IMG/VR virus record: IMGVR_UViG_3300031227_000018
Location: 45,219-109,218 of that record
Direction: 5' to 3' (one strand)
DNA from: a virus
Length of the DNA: 64,000 nt
A program made the translations under genes and the position numbers. Under the pieces are notes generated by a model. That model was not told the DNA's origin and did not search any database. It saw only the letters and a list, made by a program, of their open reading frames with translations. Numbering within the stretch: position 1 is the first letter of the stretch; the number at the start of each line of letters is the position of its first letter. Below are positions 38,401 through 47,865 of this stretch, in pieces.

Positions 38401-38673
38401 AAGATTTTAAAATTTGAAGAAGAATGTAAGGTAAAAGTAGGTGGAATATTTGGTGGAATAAAAGTTATAAAAACAAAAACGAATAAACCGATGGCTTTTG
38501 CTAATTTGCGGAATAATAATTGTTCGATTGATTTGGTTTTATTTCCTGAAGTTTATGACGCTCATAAAGATAAGATTAAGAATAATTTATTGTCTGAGGT
38601 TGATGGAAAGTTTAATGTGCGAAATAATAAGAAGTCCATAATAGTTAATGGATTAAAATTCATAGAAGTATAA
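35497..38673 (+). CDS. dnaE: DNA polymerase III alpha subunit (family C)
   Basis: PHP domain LHCHSTYS..DG, AITDHG; GPGRGSAAG, PDIDLDF, HPSAVV, RPGP, YQEQVM; C-terminal OB fold. Confidence 0.97.
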   Translation: MVKPSYVALHCHSTYSFMDGVGTIEEWVKGAKEKGVAGLAITDHGDASSMLELYGLGKKHGLPVVLGCEFYIAMSKEKDKNDRYSHVVVWAKNEIGYKNICRLTYLSYQDENFYYKPRITFDDLVKHKEGLIVGSACVKGVIAKYINDLSDVDNEDAINLVNSFKEAFGEDFYLEIQHGDLTYEWDEKKEQFYKAKSVNIQETINRVICQLGKKCGVKVIATPDAHMIDKDQKIVQDVQLKNYFKDKRMYHEIYYLPTREEFIGMFNEKHPYIPNEDLDIYLDNTYEILNKCKDLNLKFDYNLPKVDAAKVHGIWGLIEEKGIIDMKNEVYTHRIKDELEVIINNGVLNLLPYFIVLEELVEWCERNDILVGPGRGSAAGCLLNYALGITKVDPIKYGLPFSRFLNLARVQEGTLPDIDLDFSDQQVVKDYLVKKYGREYVFNICVNQTLKARSAFKDIIRVMAPEVSADKANQLSKMIIFSSETNQKQVLKESLNKNPKLKSFLINNREVFIAITKLIGQVRQRGTHPSAVVMSKVPVYEVVPVAKNRNSGEYVTQYTMEWCEKAGLIKNDILGLKTLKDVSGCRKLIMGKYKKDIDVFNLDFEDEKVFKEFEKCNTDTVFQFNTDLVKGILGRVKIKSLEDLSVVTSLGRPGPMDMGMHKIYISCSNDLEEVVYPHDSLRTLLKSTFGIMVYQEQVMEAVKILGGFTDVEADNIRRAMGKKKIELLNEVKDKFIEYAVNKYSDIDNGKANKLWDLIYSFGRYGFCHAHAISYSMLAYICMWLKVYYPLEWWSSVLSNEGDADTVKEYYVKNKEMFIMPDINKSKDTYIVDGDKIVIPLIFLTRIGEKAVIEIIKRQPYSSFRDFLNRTDRRLINKKVVMNLVWSDVFSNVNRGDSNKELLKEYYYFMANGKSRPQIAKILEEYSKDIESLNRFDIINKKIESCPIYDVNCQEYFKDYFSKDVVSLDKILKFEEECKVKVGGIFGGIKVIKTKTNKPMAFANLRNNNCSIDLVLFPEVYDAHKDKIKNNLLSEVDGKFNVRNNKKSIIVNGLKFIEV

Positions 38674-38687
38674 AAAAGGAGAGAGTT

Positions 38688-39551
38688 ATGATAAAAGAGA
38701 AGAGGGATGACCAGGAAGTTCAAGTTGTGTTTGCTATTTATGGTGGAGATTCTGAAAGTAGGAGGAATTTGTCCGGTGGTATTATAAAATATTGTAAAGA
38801 GAAAGCCATTAAAGTAGATTTGGCGTTGCCATTGCACACTTTAGCTCGATCTTTGTTCAATGTGCCTCCACAGTATTTGTTGGAAAAGGATAAAGAATTT
38901 TTGTCTCCAATTTTGGTGAATGATTTTACTATTAAACGAGCGATAAAAACTATTTATGATAGCCTTGGTACTTTGGCTAATTTTAATCCGAACAGAATTG
39001 GATTGAATAATTTTAATAGGCCGCGTTTAAAATCGGGTAATGATGTGTTGAAGTTCATTGGATTTGAGCTTATTCGTAAGGTTTATCCGAATTTTTTATC
39101 AGTTGTTTCGTGTAAAAATATATTGGGGAGAACGGGCAATTTTGTTGTGGAAGGGATAAAGTTTTATGATGAATACAATTATTTGGTTGATAATTTTCAA
39201 TTAGTGTACCCAATAAAGATTGAAGAAAAGAAAGCAAAGAAGGACGATGTTGTTGATGATTATGCTGTTTTAAAAGATGATTTACGAGATATTCAGCCGT
39301 CATCTGTATTGTCATTTGGGTTATCGGCGAAGGATGGACTTAAAGAGGCAGAAAAGTTATGCCCAAAAATAGAAGAAAATGTCAATGAATTGTTGGAGCT
39401 AGGCGATGTAAAGCCAATTTTTATCCCACAAGTTGTTGCACCGAATGCTCTTAATCATAATCAATCCAATGAAAGTGGAGTTATTCGTACAAATAATGCT
39501 GTTTTTGAAAAAAAAGCACATATTTGGAGTGATGATGAAGTGATAGTCTAG
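38688..39551 (+). CDS. Deoxynucleoside-monophosphate-kinase-like protein with degenerate P-loop
   Basis: ALPL..L...LF, VLKFIG.ELIRKV.P, VVEGIKF.DE resemble T4 gp1-type kinases; the Walker A lysine is absent. Confidence 0.5.
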   Translation: MIKEKRDDQEVQVVFAIYGGDSESRRNLSGGIIKYCKEKAIKVDLALPLHTLARSLFNVPPQYLLEKDKEFLSPILVNDFTIKRAIKTIYDSLGTLANFNPNRIGLNNFNRPRLKSGNDVLKFIGFELIRKVYPNFLSVVSCKNILGRTGNFVVEGIKFYDEYNYLVDNFQLVYPIKIEEKKAKKDDVVDDYAVLKDDLRDIQPSSVLSFGLSAKDGLKEAEKLCPKIEENVNELLELGDVKPIFIPQVVAPNALNHNQSNESGVIRTNNAVFEKKAHIWSDDEVIV

Positions 39552-39565
39552 CGAGGCGATTTGAT

Positions 39566-40390
39566 ATGGGTATAAAGAGAATTTTTATTGCATTGATTTA
39601 TATTGCACTTATTTTGGTGTTTAGTTTTTTTATTATAAAAGGGATGAAGGGTTGCACTAATGATAGTGACATTAAAATGAAGGGTAATATTGATGCGACT
39701 TATTTGATTCATTCTTATGCTCGTAAAACAAATTCTCCAGATTTTGTTTATAAAAAAGATGGGGATGTAAGGTATTTATTTCATGAAATTCATTTGAATG
39801 AGAAAGGTAAAGATGGTCCGGCATTAGGTTATGTTATGATTTATCCGGATGGTCGTGTTGTTAGTGGTGTGTATAAGCATGAGATTCAAACAAGAACTGA
39901 AATTGTTTATGAAAAGGAAGAGGTCGTAACAAAAAATAAAGCATATTTAGTGATGAAGCAATCTGGTTTGGCTAATCGTAAAGGCAGTGACAGAGTGAAT
40001 TGGAAGAATGTTCCTTATGAGTTGGAATTGATAAGTGTAGAAGAATCTTTTAATGTAGAGGTTGTGAAAAGGCGTAAAATAGTTTTTGATTTTTGTCCGG
40101 AAATAGGGGTAAATGGTATTATGGTTTTCAAAGATCAAGAATTTGATGTAATTCCGAGTTTGGGTTTTTCTGTCATTAGCTATAAAGACGGTGAGAAGAT
40201 TAAATATCGTTTTTTAAAGTTTGCAGTGGGAGTTAGGGATCTTAGTGCAGGTGCGAATATCAGTTTTTCTCCTGTATTGTATAATCTTGGTAATAAGATA
40301 AGTTACATCAATAACACTTATTTAGCACCTGTTTTGGGTTATGATAAACGTGGTTTCGATTTTGGATTATCTTTAAGTTTAACATTTTAA
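39566..40390 (+). CDS. Membrane-anchored protein with C-terminal amphipathic beta-strands and beta-signal
   Basis: N-terminal TM helix; ends FDFGLSLSLTF. Confidence 0.55.
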   Translation: MGIKRIFIALIYIALILVFSFFIIKGMKGCTNDSDIKMKGNIDATYLIHSYARKTNSPDFVYKKDGDVRYLFHEIHLNEKGKDGPALGYVMIYPDGRVVSGVYKHEIQTRTEIVYEKEEVVTKNKAYLVMKQSGLANRKGSDRVNWKNVPYELELISVEESFNVEVVKRRKIVFDFCPEIGVNGIMVFKDQEFDVIPSLGFSVISYKDGEKIKYRFLKFAVGVRDLSAGANISFSPVLYNLGNKISYINNTYLAPVLGYDKRGFDFGLSLSLTF

Positions 40391-40433
40391 TTAGGGTTAT
40401 TGGTTTATTAAATTAATTGCCCCAGAAAAGGAG

Positions 40434-41339
40434 ATGGTCATGACAAAAGGTTACGAGTATGACGAGAGTGAGATGGAAAAAGCTGTTGAGAAAAGTAGGG
40501 CAAGAAGGAGTAAAGAAGGTTCAAGGGGTAAATTTTTCAATTTGCAAGAAAATATGGATAATATCTTTAGATTTTTGCCACCTCCAGCTGGTTCTGAAAG
40601 AAGATTGCCGTTTTTAGAAACTACGAAACATTTTATGCAGAATGAGGGCAAATATTTGGTCCTCAATTGTACATTAGAAAAGCATGGTGTTTGCCCTATT
40701 TGTTCTCATGTTAAAAGTTTGAGAGATAAGGCAAGGAATCTAAGTAGTGAAGAGGCAAAAAAGAAGATGAGAAAAGCTGCGTCTGATATCCGTTGTCAAT
40801 ATGCTTATGTTTATACGGTTTTAAATGAAGAAAACGAAATTGGTACTTTAGAGATGCCATCTAAGTTGCATGATATGATTTTAGAACAGTGTAGTAGTTT
40901 GAAAAAAATTGGTGGAGACAATTTTGTTAATGTTTATGATTTTGAAAAGGGAAGAAACATAATAATTACAAAGAAAAAAGAATTTAAGTCAAATTCTACA
41001 AATTATATGTGGGTTTATAGTGCGACCTTTTTCCCAACTGAGAGTGCCATTCCAAAAGGGTTGTTGGATGATTATGAAGGGATGTATGTTTTTCCAGAAA
41101 TTTATGTTAAAGATTATGATCCAGAGAATTTAGAGGCTGCATTAAGGGGTGATTTTTCTTTTTTACAAAAGAAAAAGAGTGATGTTGAAGATTCAGATCC
41201 CACTAAAATCAAGGATGACGACGAGGTAGATACGAAGGAAGATGGCAAGGTTGAAGGATCTGATGATAAAGGCGATTCCCAGCCTTCAACAGAAACAACG
41301 AGTGACGATGATGATCTTATAGATGAGCTCTTAAAGTGA
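40434..41339 (+). CDS. Single-stranded DNA-binding protein (gp32-like)
   Basis: RFLPP, H..C..CPIC, D.EKGRNI.I, acidic C-tail. Confidence 0.8.
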   Translation: MVMTKGYEYDESEMEKAVEKSRARRSKEGSRGKFFNLQENMDNIFRFLPPPAGSERRLPFLETTKHFMQNEGKYLVLNCTLEKHGVCPICSHVKSLRDKARNLSSEEAKKKMRKAASDIRCQYAYVYTVLNEENEIGTLEMPSKLHDMILEQCSSLKKIGGDNFVNVYDFEKGRNIIITKKKEFKSNSTNYMWVYSATFFPTESAIPKGLLDDYEGMYVFPEIYVKDYDPENLEAALRGDFSFLQKKKSDVEDSDPTKIKDDDEVDTKEDGKVEGSDDKGDSQPSTETTSDDDDLIDELLK

Positions 41340-41368
41340 CGATGATCTTATAGATGAGCTCTTAAAGT
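41310..41368 (+). repeat. 28-bp tandem duplication at SSB 3' end
   Basis: GATGATCTTATAGATGAGCTCTTAAAGT at 41310-41337 and 41341-41368. Confidence 0.95.
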
Positions 41369-41396
41369 CTTAATTAAAATAAAAAGGAGATGTGTC

Positions 41397-41912
41397 ATGA
41401 CTAAAAAATACAAAAGATTGCCTCCAAAAATGATTGTGAAAGTGAAAGATTTATTTGATAAAATATCTCCCGAGGATATTGATGTAGATTTTTTAGATGA
41501 TTATAAAGGTGAAGGGGACAAGGAATATGCAAATTTATCTGATTTTAAAAAAATAGGTTCTGAGTATTTATATGCACAAGATTTATGTTTGAATAATTCA
41601 AAAGTTTGTGCGGCTTTTCAGGAAGAAGCAAAAAGAATTTTAAGCAAGGAAGAATCTTTGGCATTCCTTGATCGGGCTGTTCAGGCTTATGGTGCCCTTA
41701 AAAAAGAAAAGATGGAGATTACAGATGGGAAGGCAGGATCTTATGTGAATATAGATGAGAAAGTTAATCAATTAAGACAATTGCATTCGAGTTGGGGTAT
41801 TCTCAAAGATTACTTTTTTTCTTATTACAGATTGTTTGAGAAAAAACATGATTGGGTTAAGACGATGATTTATATGGAGGCAAAAATGGATGGGAATAGG
41901 GGGGCAACATGA
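41397..41912 (+). CDS. Helical hypothetical protein, possible UvsY-like recombination mediator
   Basis: Lies between SSB and RecA; coiled-coil character. Confidence 0.4.
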   Translation: MTKKYKRLPPKMIVKVKDLFDKISPEDIDVDFLDDYKGEGDKEYANLSDFKKIGSEYLYAQDLCLNNSKVCAAFQEEAKRILSKEESLAFLDRAVQAYGALKKEKMEITDGKAGSYVNIDEKVNQLRQLHSSWGILKDYFFSYYRLFEKKHDWVKTMIYMEAKMDGNRGAT

Positions 41913-42985
41913 CGTTGGATGCGAAGTTAAAAAGTAAGTTGTTTAAAAACTCCCCTGTTTCGGATAAAGAAATTGATGAGATAATTTCTGAGAAAAGGGT
42001 TCCCACTGTTTCTCCATCTATAAATTGGGCATTAGAAGGGGGCATTGTTCCTGGGAGATTTTATTGTTTTGTTGGTCCGGAATCGGCAGGTAAAAGTATG
42101 TTTGCTGTTTCTTGTTGTGTGGAGATGTTAAAGAACAATCCCAACGGTCGGATTATTTGGTTTGATACAGAAGAATCTTTCACTACGCATTGGTTGGATA
42201 TTTTTATGAAAGATGAGGATGGGTTTAATGATGATGATAGAAAAGGGTGTCTTGATGATGAGAAAAAAGGGCGATTTATAGTTAAACAAGTGAAATATGG
42301 GAGAGACATCTTTGATCATTATATTGATGATTTGACTCAAATTCATGATTCGGGAGTTCCAATTTTGAGTTGTGTGATTGATAGCAAGGATTGCATCATT
42401 CCTCCAAAAGAAGAGAGTCGCCAATCAACTGAAGACCACACTATGGCGGCTTTGGCAGGTTATTTGCCTGCGGCTTTTAGAAAGATGATTTCTCCTTCTC
42501 GTATTCGTAAAACTTCTTGGATATTTATTTCGCAAGTTGGTATGCAATTTGATGAAATGCAAAAAAGACTTGGGAATAGGTATACAATGTCTGGTGGTAA
42601 AAAGTTTTTGCATTATATGGATGCGATATTATTGTTTGAACAATTAGAAGGGAAAGTTAATAAGATTTTTGATGATGAGAAGGTGGGTATGGATGGTAAA
42701 CCAGTCCAGCTTGGGTGTTATATTAAAATGAAAGTAAATCACAAATGCCGTGTTGGTGTGCCTAATCGTGTTGCAGTGTTTAAGTTTATTTATAAAGAAG
42801 GGGTGGTTGGACAATGGGAAGAAATAGCTAAGTTAGCAGTAGGGATTGGAATTGTAAATAAAGAAGGGAGAACGTATTTTTATCAAGAGGGTAAACTTGG
42901 AGTCAGTGAAGGTGAATACTTGAACAAGGTTAAAGAAGATGAAAAATTACAAGAAGAATTATACACTAAAATAATGGAGAGTTGA
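41909..42985 (+). CDS. recA: RecA/UvsX-like recombinase
   Basis: GPESAGKS, WFDTE, VIDS, FISQ, SGGK. Confidence 0.9.
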   Translation: MTLDAKLKSKLFKNSPVSDKEIDEIISEKRVPTVSPSINWALEGGIVPGRFYCFVGPESAGKSMFAVSCCVEMLKNNPNGRIIWFDTEESFTTHWLDIFMKDEDGFNDDDRKGCLDDEKKGRFIVKQVKYGRDIFDHYIDDLTQIHDSGVPILSCVIDSKDCIIPPKEESRQSTEDHTMAALAGYLPAAFRKMISPSRIRKTSWIFISQVGMQFDEMQKRLGNRYTMSGGKKFLHYMDAILLFEQLEGKVNKIFDDEKVGMDGKPVQLGCYIKMKVNHKCRVGVPNRVAVFKFIYKEGVVGQWEEIAKLAVGIGIVNKEGRTYFYQEGKLGVSEGEYLNKVKEDEKLQEELYTKIMES

Positions 42986-42986
42986 A

Positions 42987-44042
42987 GTGAATTATTTAAT
43001 TGTTGGGGATTTACATTTGAAGTTGAATAATCTTGAAGCTGCGGATTTATTCTTTGATTATTTGTTTGAAGAGATAAAGAAAAAGGGGAAGGATGTTGAA
43101 GTGTTTTTTTTGGGGGATATTTATGAAGTAAAATCTATAATTAGAGTTGAAGTTCAAAATTATTTTTACAATAAGTTGAGTAAAATTAGTGATAATGTAA
43201 AGGCGATTTATTTAATTTTAGGTAATCATGATTATACGAATAAGAATCTAGTTGACCATGCCTTTAATTTTGGTTGTGAAAAGCTCATTAAAAATTTGAA
43301 AGTTATTGATAAGCCATCTATTTTGAATGATGGTATATGGGCAATTCCATATTGTGAGAATAGTCAAGATTTTATAAAACGGTTAGCAGATCTCACTTCA
43401 ACAGTAGAAATTAAAAAACCTAAGATCATTTTTTGTCATCAAGCGTTTAATGGGTTCGCTTACAGTGTTCGAAGTGGGGTTAAAGAAGAGAATGGTGTTG
43501 ATCTTGAGAAGGTCAAGTTTGATGGTTGTAAGGTTATTGCAGGTCATTTTCATTCATTTCAAGAAAAAGATGTCATTGTTTATCTTGGTACACCATTTGC
43601 CCACACTTTTTCTGAAGCTAATGAGAGCAAAAAGATATTGTGGATAAAAGATGATAAGTGGGAGTATTTATCAACTGGAGATAAAGTTCCACGATACTGT
43701 ATTTTTGATACTAATTTTAATGAATTATTGGGCGGTAAAAAGTTTGGATATAAGGAAAACGATCATGTTAAGTTTTTGATATCTGATAAAGAGGAAAATT
43801 GCAAAAAAGTTACGAAGGATTTTTTAGGTTCTTTGATGGATGAAGGCAAGATTAAAAAGTGTGACAATGTTTATCTTCAATATAGTTTTTCTGATCATCA
43901 GGTTGATATAAATATAGATGAGAATCAATCGGTGATTAGTATGTTTGAGGATTATGTGAATATTTATTTAAAAGACAACAAATATAAGGGTTTGATTTTG
44001 AAGGTAGGTGTGGGGAGGTATTTGAAAAATGCCTCTTTATAA
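42987..44042 (+). CDS. Mre11/SbcD-like metallophosphoesterase nuclease
   Basis: GDLH, LGD, GNHD, HQ, GHFH. Confidence 0.9.
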   Translation: MNYLIVGDLHLKLNNLEAADLFFDYLFEEIKKKGKDVEVFFLGDIYEVKSIIRVEVQNYFYNKLSKISDNVKAIYLILGNHDYTNKNLVDHAFNFGCEKLIKNLKVIDKPSILNDGIWAIPYCENSQDFIKRLADLTSTVEIKKPKIIFCHQAFNGFAYSVRSGVKEENGVDLEKVKFDGCKVIAGHFHSFQEKDVIVYLGTPFAHTFSEANESKKILWIKDDKWEYLSTGDKVPRYCIFDTNFNELLGGKKFGYKENDHVKFLISDKEENCKKVTKDFLGSLMDEGKIKKCDNVYLQYSFSDHQVDINIDENQSVISMFEDYVNIYLKDNKYKGLILKVGVGRYLKNASL

Positions 44043-44388
44043 GTATGAATGTGCAAATTGTAATACGATTTTTGACAGGTTAATAACCCCACCATCACCT
44101 GCAGTTGCCAGATGTTTTAGTTGCGGTGGGGTAGCTCAAAAACTTTTAACGAGGAGTTTATCTCCCACAGTGAAAGTTTTGTTGGATAAATACAGAAAAA
44201 AATCGGTATTAAGAAACATTAATAAAGTCATGAAAGACAGGTCTTGGAATCATCAAAAGAAATATGAAATAGGGGGGATGATTTCAAAATATGGTGTTGG
44301 CTACTTGAAGAAAGTGACTAATTTTTTTGATAAGACAACTGGGTTGTTAAAAAAAGATAAAGTCAAAAACGATGAAGGTGAGTTATGA
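44029..44388 (+). CDS. FmdB-family zinc-ribbon protein
   Basis: MPLYKYECANC..CFSCG. Confidence 0.75.
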   Translation: MPLYKYECANCNTIFDRLITPPSPAVARCFSCGGVAQKLLTRSLSPTVKVLLDKYRKKSVLRNINKVMKDRSWNHQKKYEIGGMISKYGVGYLKKVTNFFDKTTGLLKKDKVKNDEGEL

Positions 44389-46238
44389 TTAAATTAAAAG
44401 AGTTGAAGATTTTGAATTTTTTGTCTTTTAAAAAGTTGGAGATGAACTTCGAGAAAGGTATCTTCCTTATTGATGGTTGGAATTACGATGAAGATACGGC
44501 TAATGGTGCGGGTAAATCGGCGATAATAGATTCTATTTGTTTTGCATTATACGGTGATCTACCTCGTAAGGTCAAGTTTGAAGAGGTTATAAATTGGGAT
44601 GAATCTACATTGGATATGCAACTTTCTTTTGAATCTAGTGGTAAATCTTATTTTATTCATAGATCTCGGAATCCGAATGTTCTTAATTTTTATGTAGATA
44701 CTAATCTTAAGAACGGTAAAGATATGCGGGAAACACAGCAGATAATAACTGAGGTGTTGAAAATAAGTTTGGATACATTTCTTCGTTCTGTTTATTATTC
44801 TCAAAATAATGATATTGTGGCACAATTTCTTTTTTCTAATGATGAGGAAAAGAAAGATGTTTTAACTGAATTATTGGATTTGCATATTTTTGATGATTGT
44901 TGTGAGAAGGTCAAAAAGGATAGTCAAATTTTTGTGGGTAAAAAGGATGGTATAATTAAAGATGTTTCGTACATACAAAAACAAAATAAAGAAAAAGAAG
45001 GTGAAATTGAAAGATTGCAGAAGTTATTTGATACTTTTGAAGAGATGAGGGAGATTGACGTTCAACGGATTAAAAAGCGGATTTCTGATTTGAAATCTGA
45101 GAAGATAAAAATTAATGCAGATTATAAGAAAGAATGTGGATTATCAGATACAATAGATATTTATTCTAACAAAATGGATGATTTGGAAAAAGAAATTGAT
45201 TTAGTATTTGAGTCTCGTTTAAAAGATGCTGAAAATAAATTGATATCTATCAATAAAGAGTTGCAAATTTTGAGTAAACAATTGAAAGAGTTTGATTGTT
45301 TGATTGTTAAAGGGAAGTGTCCCACTTGTTTTCAAAGTGTTAATGATGGGGCTTTAAAAGATGTTGTTACTCCATTGTCTGAAGAAATAAATCAAAAGAA
45401 AAAGGAAAAGGAAAATCTAGACATTCAGGTGAGAGAATTTCAGAAAAAAGTTGATGAAATGTCTGTTAAGAAAAAAGAAGTTAATGAATTGAAAATGAAA
45501 ATTATAACTTCACAAACTATTTTAAAGAAGGCACATTCTAGTCATAAGGATATGTTAAAAAATATTGATCGTCATCTTGATGATTGTGATAAACAGTTGT
45601 CTAAAGAAAAGGGCAATAAAAATAATTATGGTGAAATGATTAAAGAGTTTCGTGATAAGATTGATAAGGGTGAAAAAGAGGTGAAGGATAAGAATGAGGA
45701 AGTTAAGAAGATAACCAAACTTATGGATGTTTATTATTATCTCATTCGGGCGTTTAGTCGTGAGGGTGTTAAAAGTTATGTGTTTGCTAAGATTATAAAT
45801 GAAATAAATCATTATATAAACGATTATTTGGTAGAGATATTTGATGCAAATATAAGTTTGCGTTTTGATATAGAATCTTTGGATTCGAAGGGGAAGGCAA
45901 AACAGAAAATTGACACTGTTTTGACTGTTGGTGGAGAACAGAGAAATATTAATATTTTGTCAGGAGGAGAAAAAGCTCGTTTAATTTTAGCTACCAATTT
46001 CGCTCTTTCTAAGATTATTTCAACTAGATGTTCAAGCGTCCCCAATTTTATTTGTCTTGATGAGTGTTTCACTGGATTGGATGTGAGTGGTAAGGAAAAG
46101 ATGATGGTGTTTCTGAGAAAGTTAAGTGAAAATAAAGATTTTGTTTATATTGTAGATCATACGTCAGAGTTTAAGTCGCTTTTTGATGGGATATATAATG
46201 TTGAAAAACGTAACGGAGAAAGTAAATTGGTCGTATGA
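44385..46238 (+). CDS. Rad50/SbcC-like ATPase
   Basis: NFLSF, NGAGKS, CPTC hook, LSGGE, LDE, coiled coils. Confidence 0.93.
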   Translation: MIKLKELKILNFLSFKKLEMNFEKGIFLIDGWNYDEDTANGAGKSAIIDSICFALYGDLPRKVKFEEVINWDESTLDMQLSFESSGKSYFIHRSRNPNVLNFYVDTNLKNGKDMRETQQIITEVLKISLDTFLRSVYYSQNNDIVAQFLFSNDEEKKDVLTELLDLHIFDDCCEKVKKDSQIFVGKKDGIIKDVSYIQKQNKEKEGEIERLQKLFDTFEEMREIDVQRIKKRISDLKSEKIKINADYKKECGLSDTIDIYSNKMDDLEKEIDLVFESRLKDAENKLISINKELQILSKQLKEFDCLIVKGKCPTCFQSVNDGALKDVVTPLSEEINQKKKEKENLDIQVREFQKKVDEMSVKKKEVNELKMKIITSQTILKKAHSSHKDMLKNIDRHLDDCDKQLSKEKGNKNNYGEMIKEFRDKIDKGEKEVKDKNEEVKKITKLMDVYYYLIRAFSREGVKSYVFAKIINEINHYINDYLVEIFDANISLRFDIESLDSKGKAKQKIDTVLTVGGEQRNINILSGGEKARLILATNFALSKIISTRCSSVPNFICLDECFTGLDVSGKEKMMVFLRKLSENKDFVYIVDHTSEFKSLFDGIYNVEKRNGESKLVV

Positions 46239-46259
46239 TCAAGAAAGGGAAGTGGCGGT

Positions 46260-46757
46260 ATGCTTAAAATAAAAAATAAAAAACAAAAAGTGGAAGAGGT
46301 TAAAATAAGCAAAGAAGAGTATGATCGTTTGAAGGATGTAGATGAAGAATATGGAGCGATGTTTAAACAGTGGAGAGAAATGGGGAAAAGGGTTGGGTTG
46401 GCGAATAAAAGTTTGATTATAATGGCTGGTACGTTGAAAACTGTGGATGGTTTATTGAAAGATAATTTTAATGTTTGGTTAAGTAAGACGATCAAGGCAG
46501 GGAAAGCGGTTATAACTGCGAAAGTCAGTACGTTTAGGAATGAAAAGGATGTAGCAGATACAATAGAAGGGGCTTATTTGCAAGCTGTTTTGGTTAAAGT
46601 AGCTCAAAATTCAAAAAATTATTACAGTGGTGGAAGTGATCTTTGTGAAATGTTTATGGGAAATTTGGATGATAGTGTACCGAAAGAAATAAGGGAAGTG
46701 ATGAAAGAAGGGGTTCTTAAAGGTGCTGTTAAATTGGATAAGGAGGGGGAGGAATGA
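46260..46757 (+). CDS. Hypothetical protein
   Basis: Contiguous plus-strand ORF, 165 aa. Confidence 0.6.
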   Translation: MLKIKNKKQKVEEVKISKEEYDRLKDVDEEYGAMFKQWREMGKRVGLANKSLIIMAGTLKTVDGLLKDNFNVWLSKTIKAGKAVITAKVSTFRNEKDVADTIEGAYLQAVLVKVAQNSKNYYSGGSDLCEMFMGNLDDSVPKEIREVMKEGVLKGAVKLDKEGEE

Positions 46758-47374
46758 AATTAGATAAGGTACAAGCTGTTAAAAAATACCATATTGTTTA
46801 TGCTACAATCAATTTAAAAAATTCTAAATTGTATATTGGAAGGCATTCTACCGATAATTTAGAAGATGGATATTTGGGTAGTGGGAAGATTCTCAATAAG
46901 GCTATTAAAAAATATGGTAAAGAAGTTTTTGCTATTGATATTTTGGAGTTTTATGATACATTTGAAAAATGTTGTAAAGGTGAAAAGTTTTGGATTCGTA
47001 TGTTTAAAATGCCAAATAAAATATCAAATGATGTTTATAATATTTCGGATGGGGGGGAAGGGAATTTGGGTTATACTCATACAAATGAAACTAAATTAAA
47101 GATATCGGCTCCAGGTGAGTCTAATCCTATGTTTGGTAAAAAGCATAAAGAGAGTACAAAAGAGTTGATAAGAGTTAAAAGACTTAAAAATTTGGAATCT
47201 AAAGAATTCAGAACTAGGATGATTAAAGTTCATGCTGATGTGTCAGGGAATAAAAATCCTTTTTATGGCAAGCATCATTCTGAAGAAACAAAGAAGAAGA
47301 TTGGTTTATCCAATATGGGTAAAAAGCGTTCCAAAGGAATTCTACAAAAAATTGAGATAAATTGCATTGGATAG
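46754..47374 (+). mobile_element. Free-standing GIY-YIG homing endonuclease with NUMOD3 repeats
   Basis: IVY..N.K.YIGRH..YLGSG..AIKKYG, YNI..GG.G, NPMFGKKH, NPFYGKHHSEETKKKI. Confidence 0.9.
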
Positions 47375-47408
47375 AGTATCACTTACTTTAAGTTAAGGGT
47401 TTATTCAA

Positions 47409-47864
47409 ATGAAAATTAATATTCTTAGTATTGATCAAGGTTCAAATTGTGGATGGGCTGTGTCTCGAAGTATTTATGGGGTTTGGGATTTAAGAACTAG
47501 GAAAGATGAGTCTCAAGGGATGAAATTACTTCGATTCAGGGCTAAATTGGAAGAGGTTTGTTCTTTGCAAAAAATTGATTTGATTGTTTATGAGCGCGTG
47601 GCGGGATTTCATAAAAGTTCGATTATTCATGCGGCAAAATTAGTGGCTGTTGTAGAATCTTTTTGTGAAAAAATGAATATTTCTTATAGGGCATATTCAG
47701 CAACCGAAATTAAGAAGTTTGCGACGAGTAAGGGTAATTGTAGTAAGCAGGCAATGATTGACGCGGCAAAAGAAAAATTGGGATACAGTGGAGATTCTGA
47801 TGATGAGGCTGATGCGATGTGGCTTTTGGAGTTGGCTTTACATGACTTGAAGTTGGGGGATTAA
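47409..47864 (+). CDS. ruvC: RuvC-like Holliday junction resolvase
   Basis: ILSIDQG..GWA, VYE, IKKFAT.KGN.SK, DDEADA. Confidence 0.88.
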   Translation: MKINILSIDQGSNCGWAVSRSIYGVWDLRTRKDESQGMKLLRFRAKLEEVCSLQKIDLIVYERVAGFHKSSIIHAAKLVAVVESFCEKMNISYRAYSATEIKKFATSKGNCSKQAMIDAAKEKLGYSGDSDDEADAMWLLELALHDLKLGD

Positions 47865-47865
47865 A

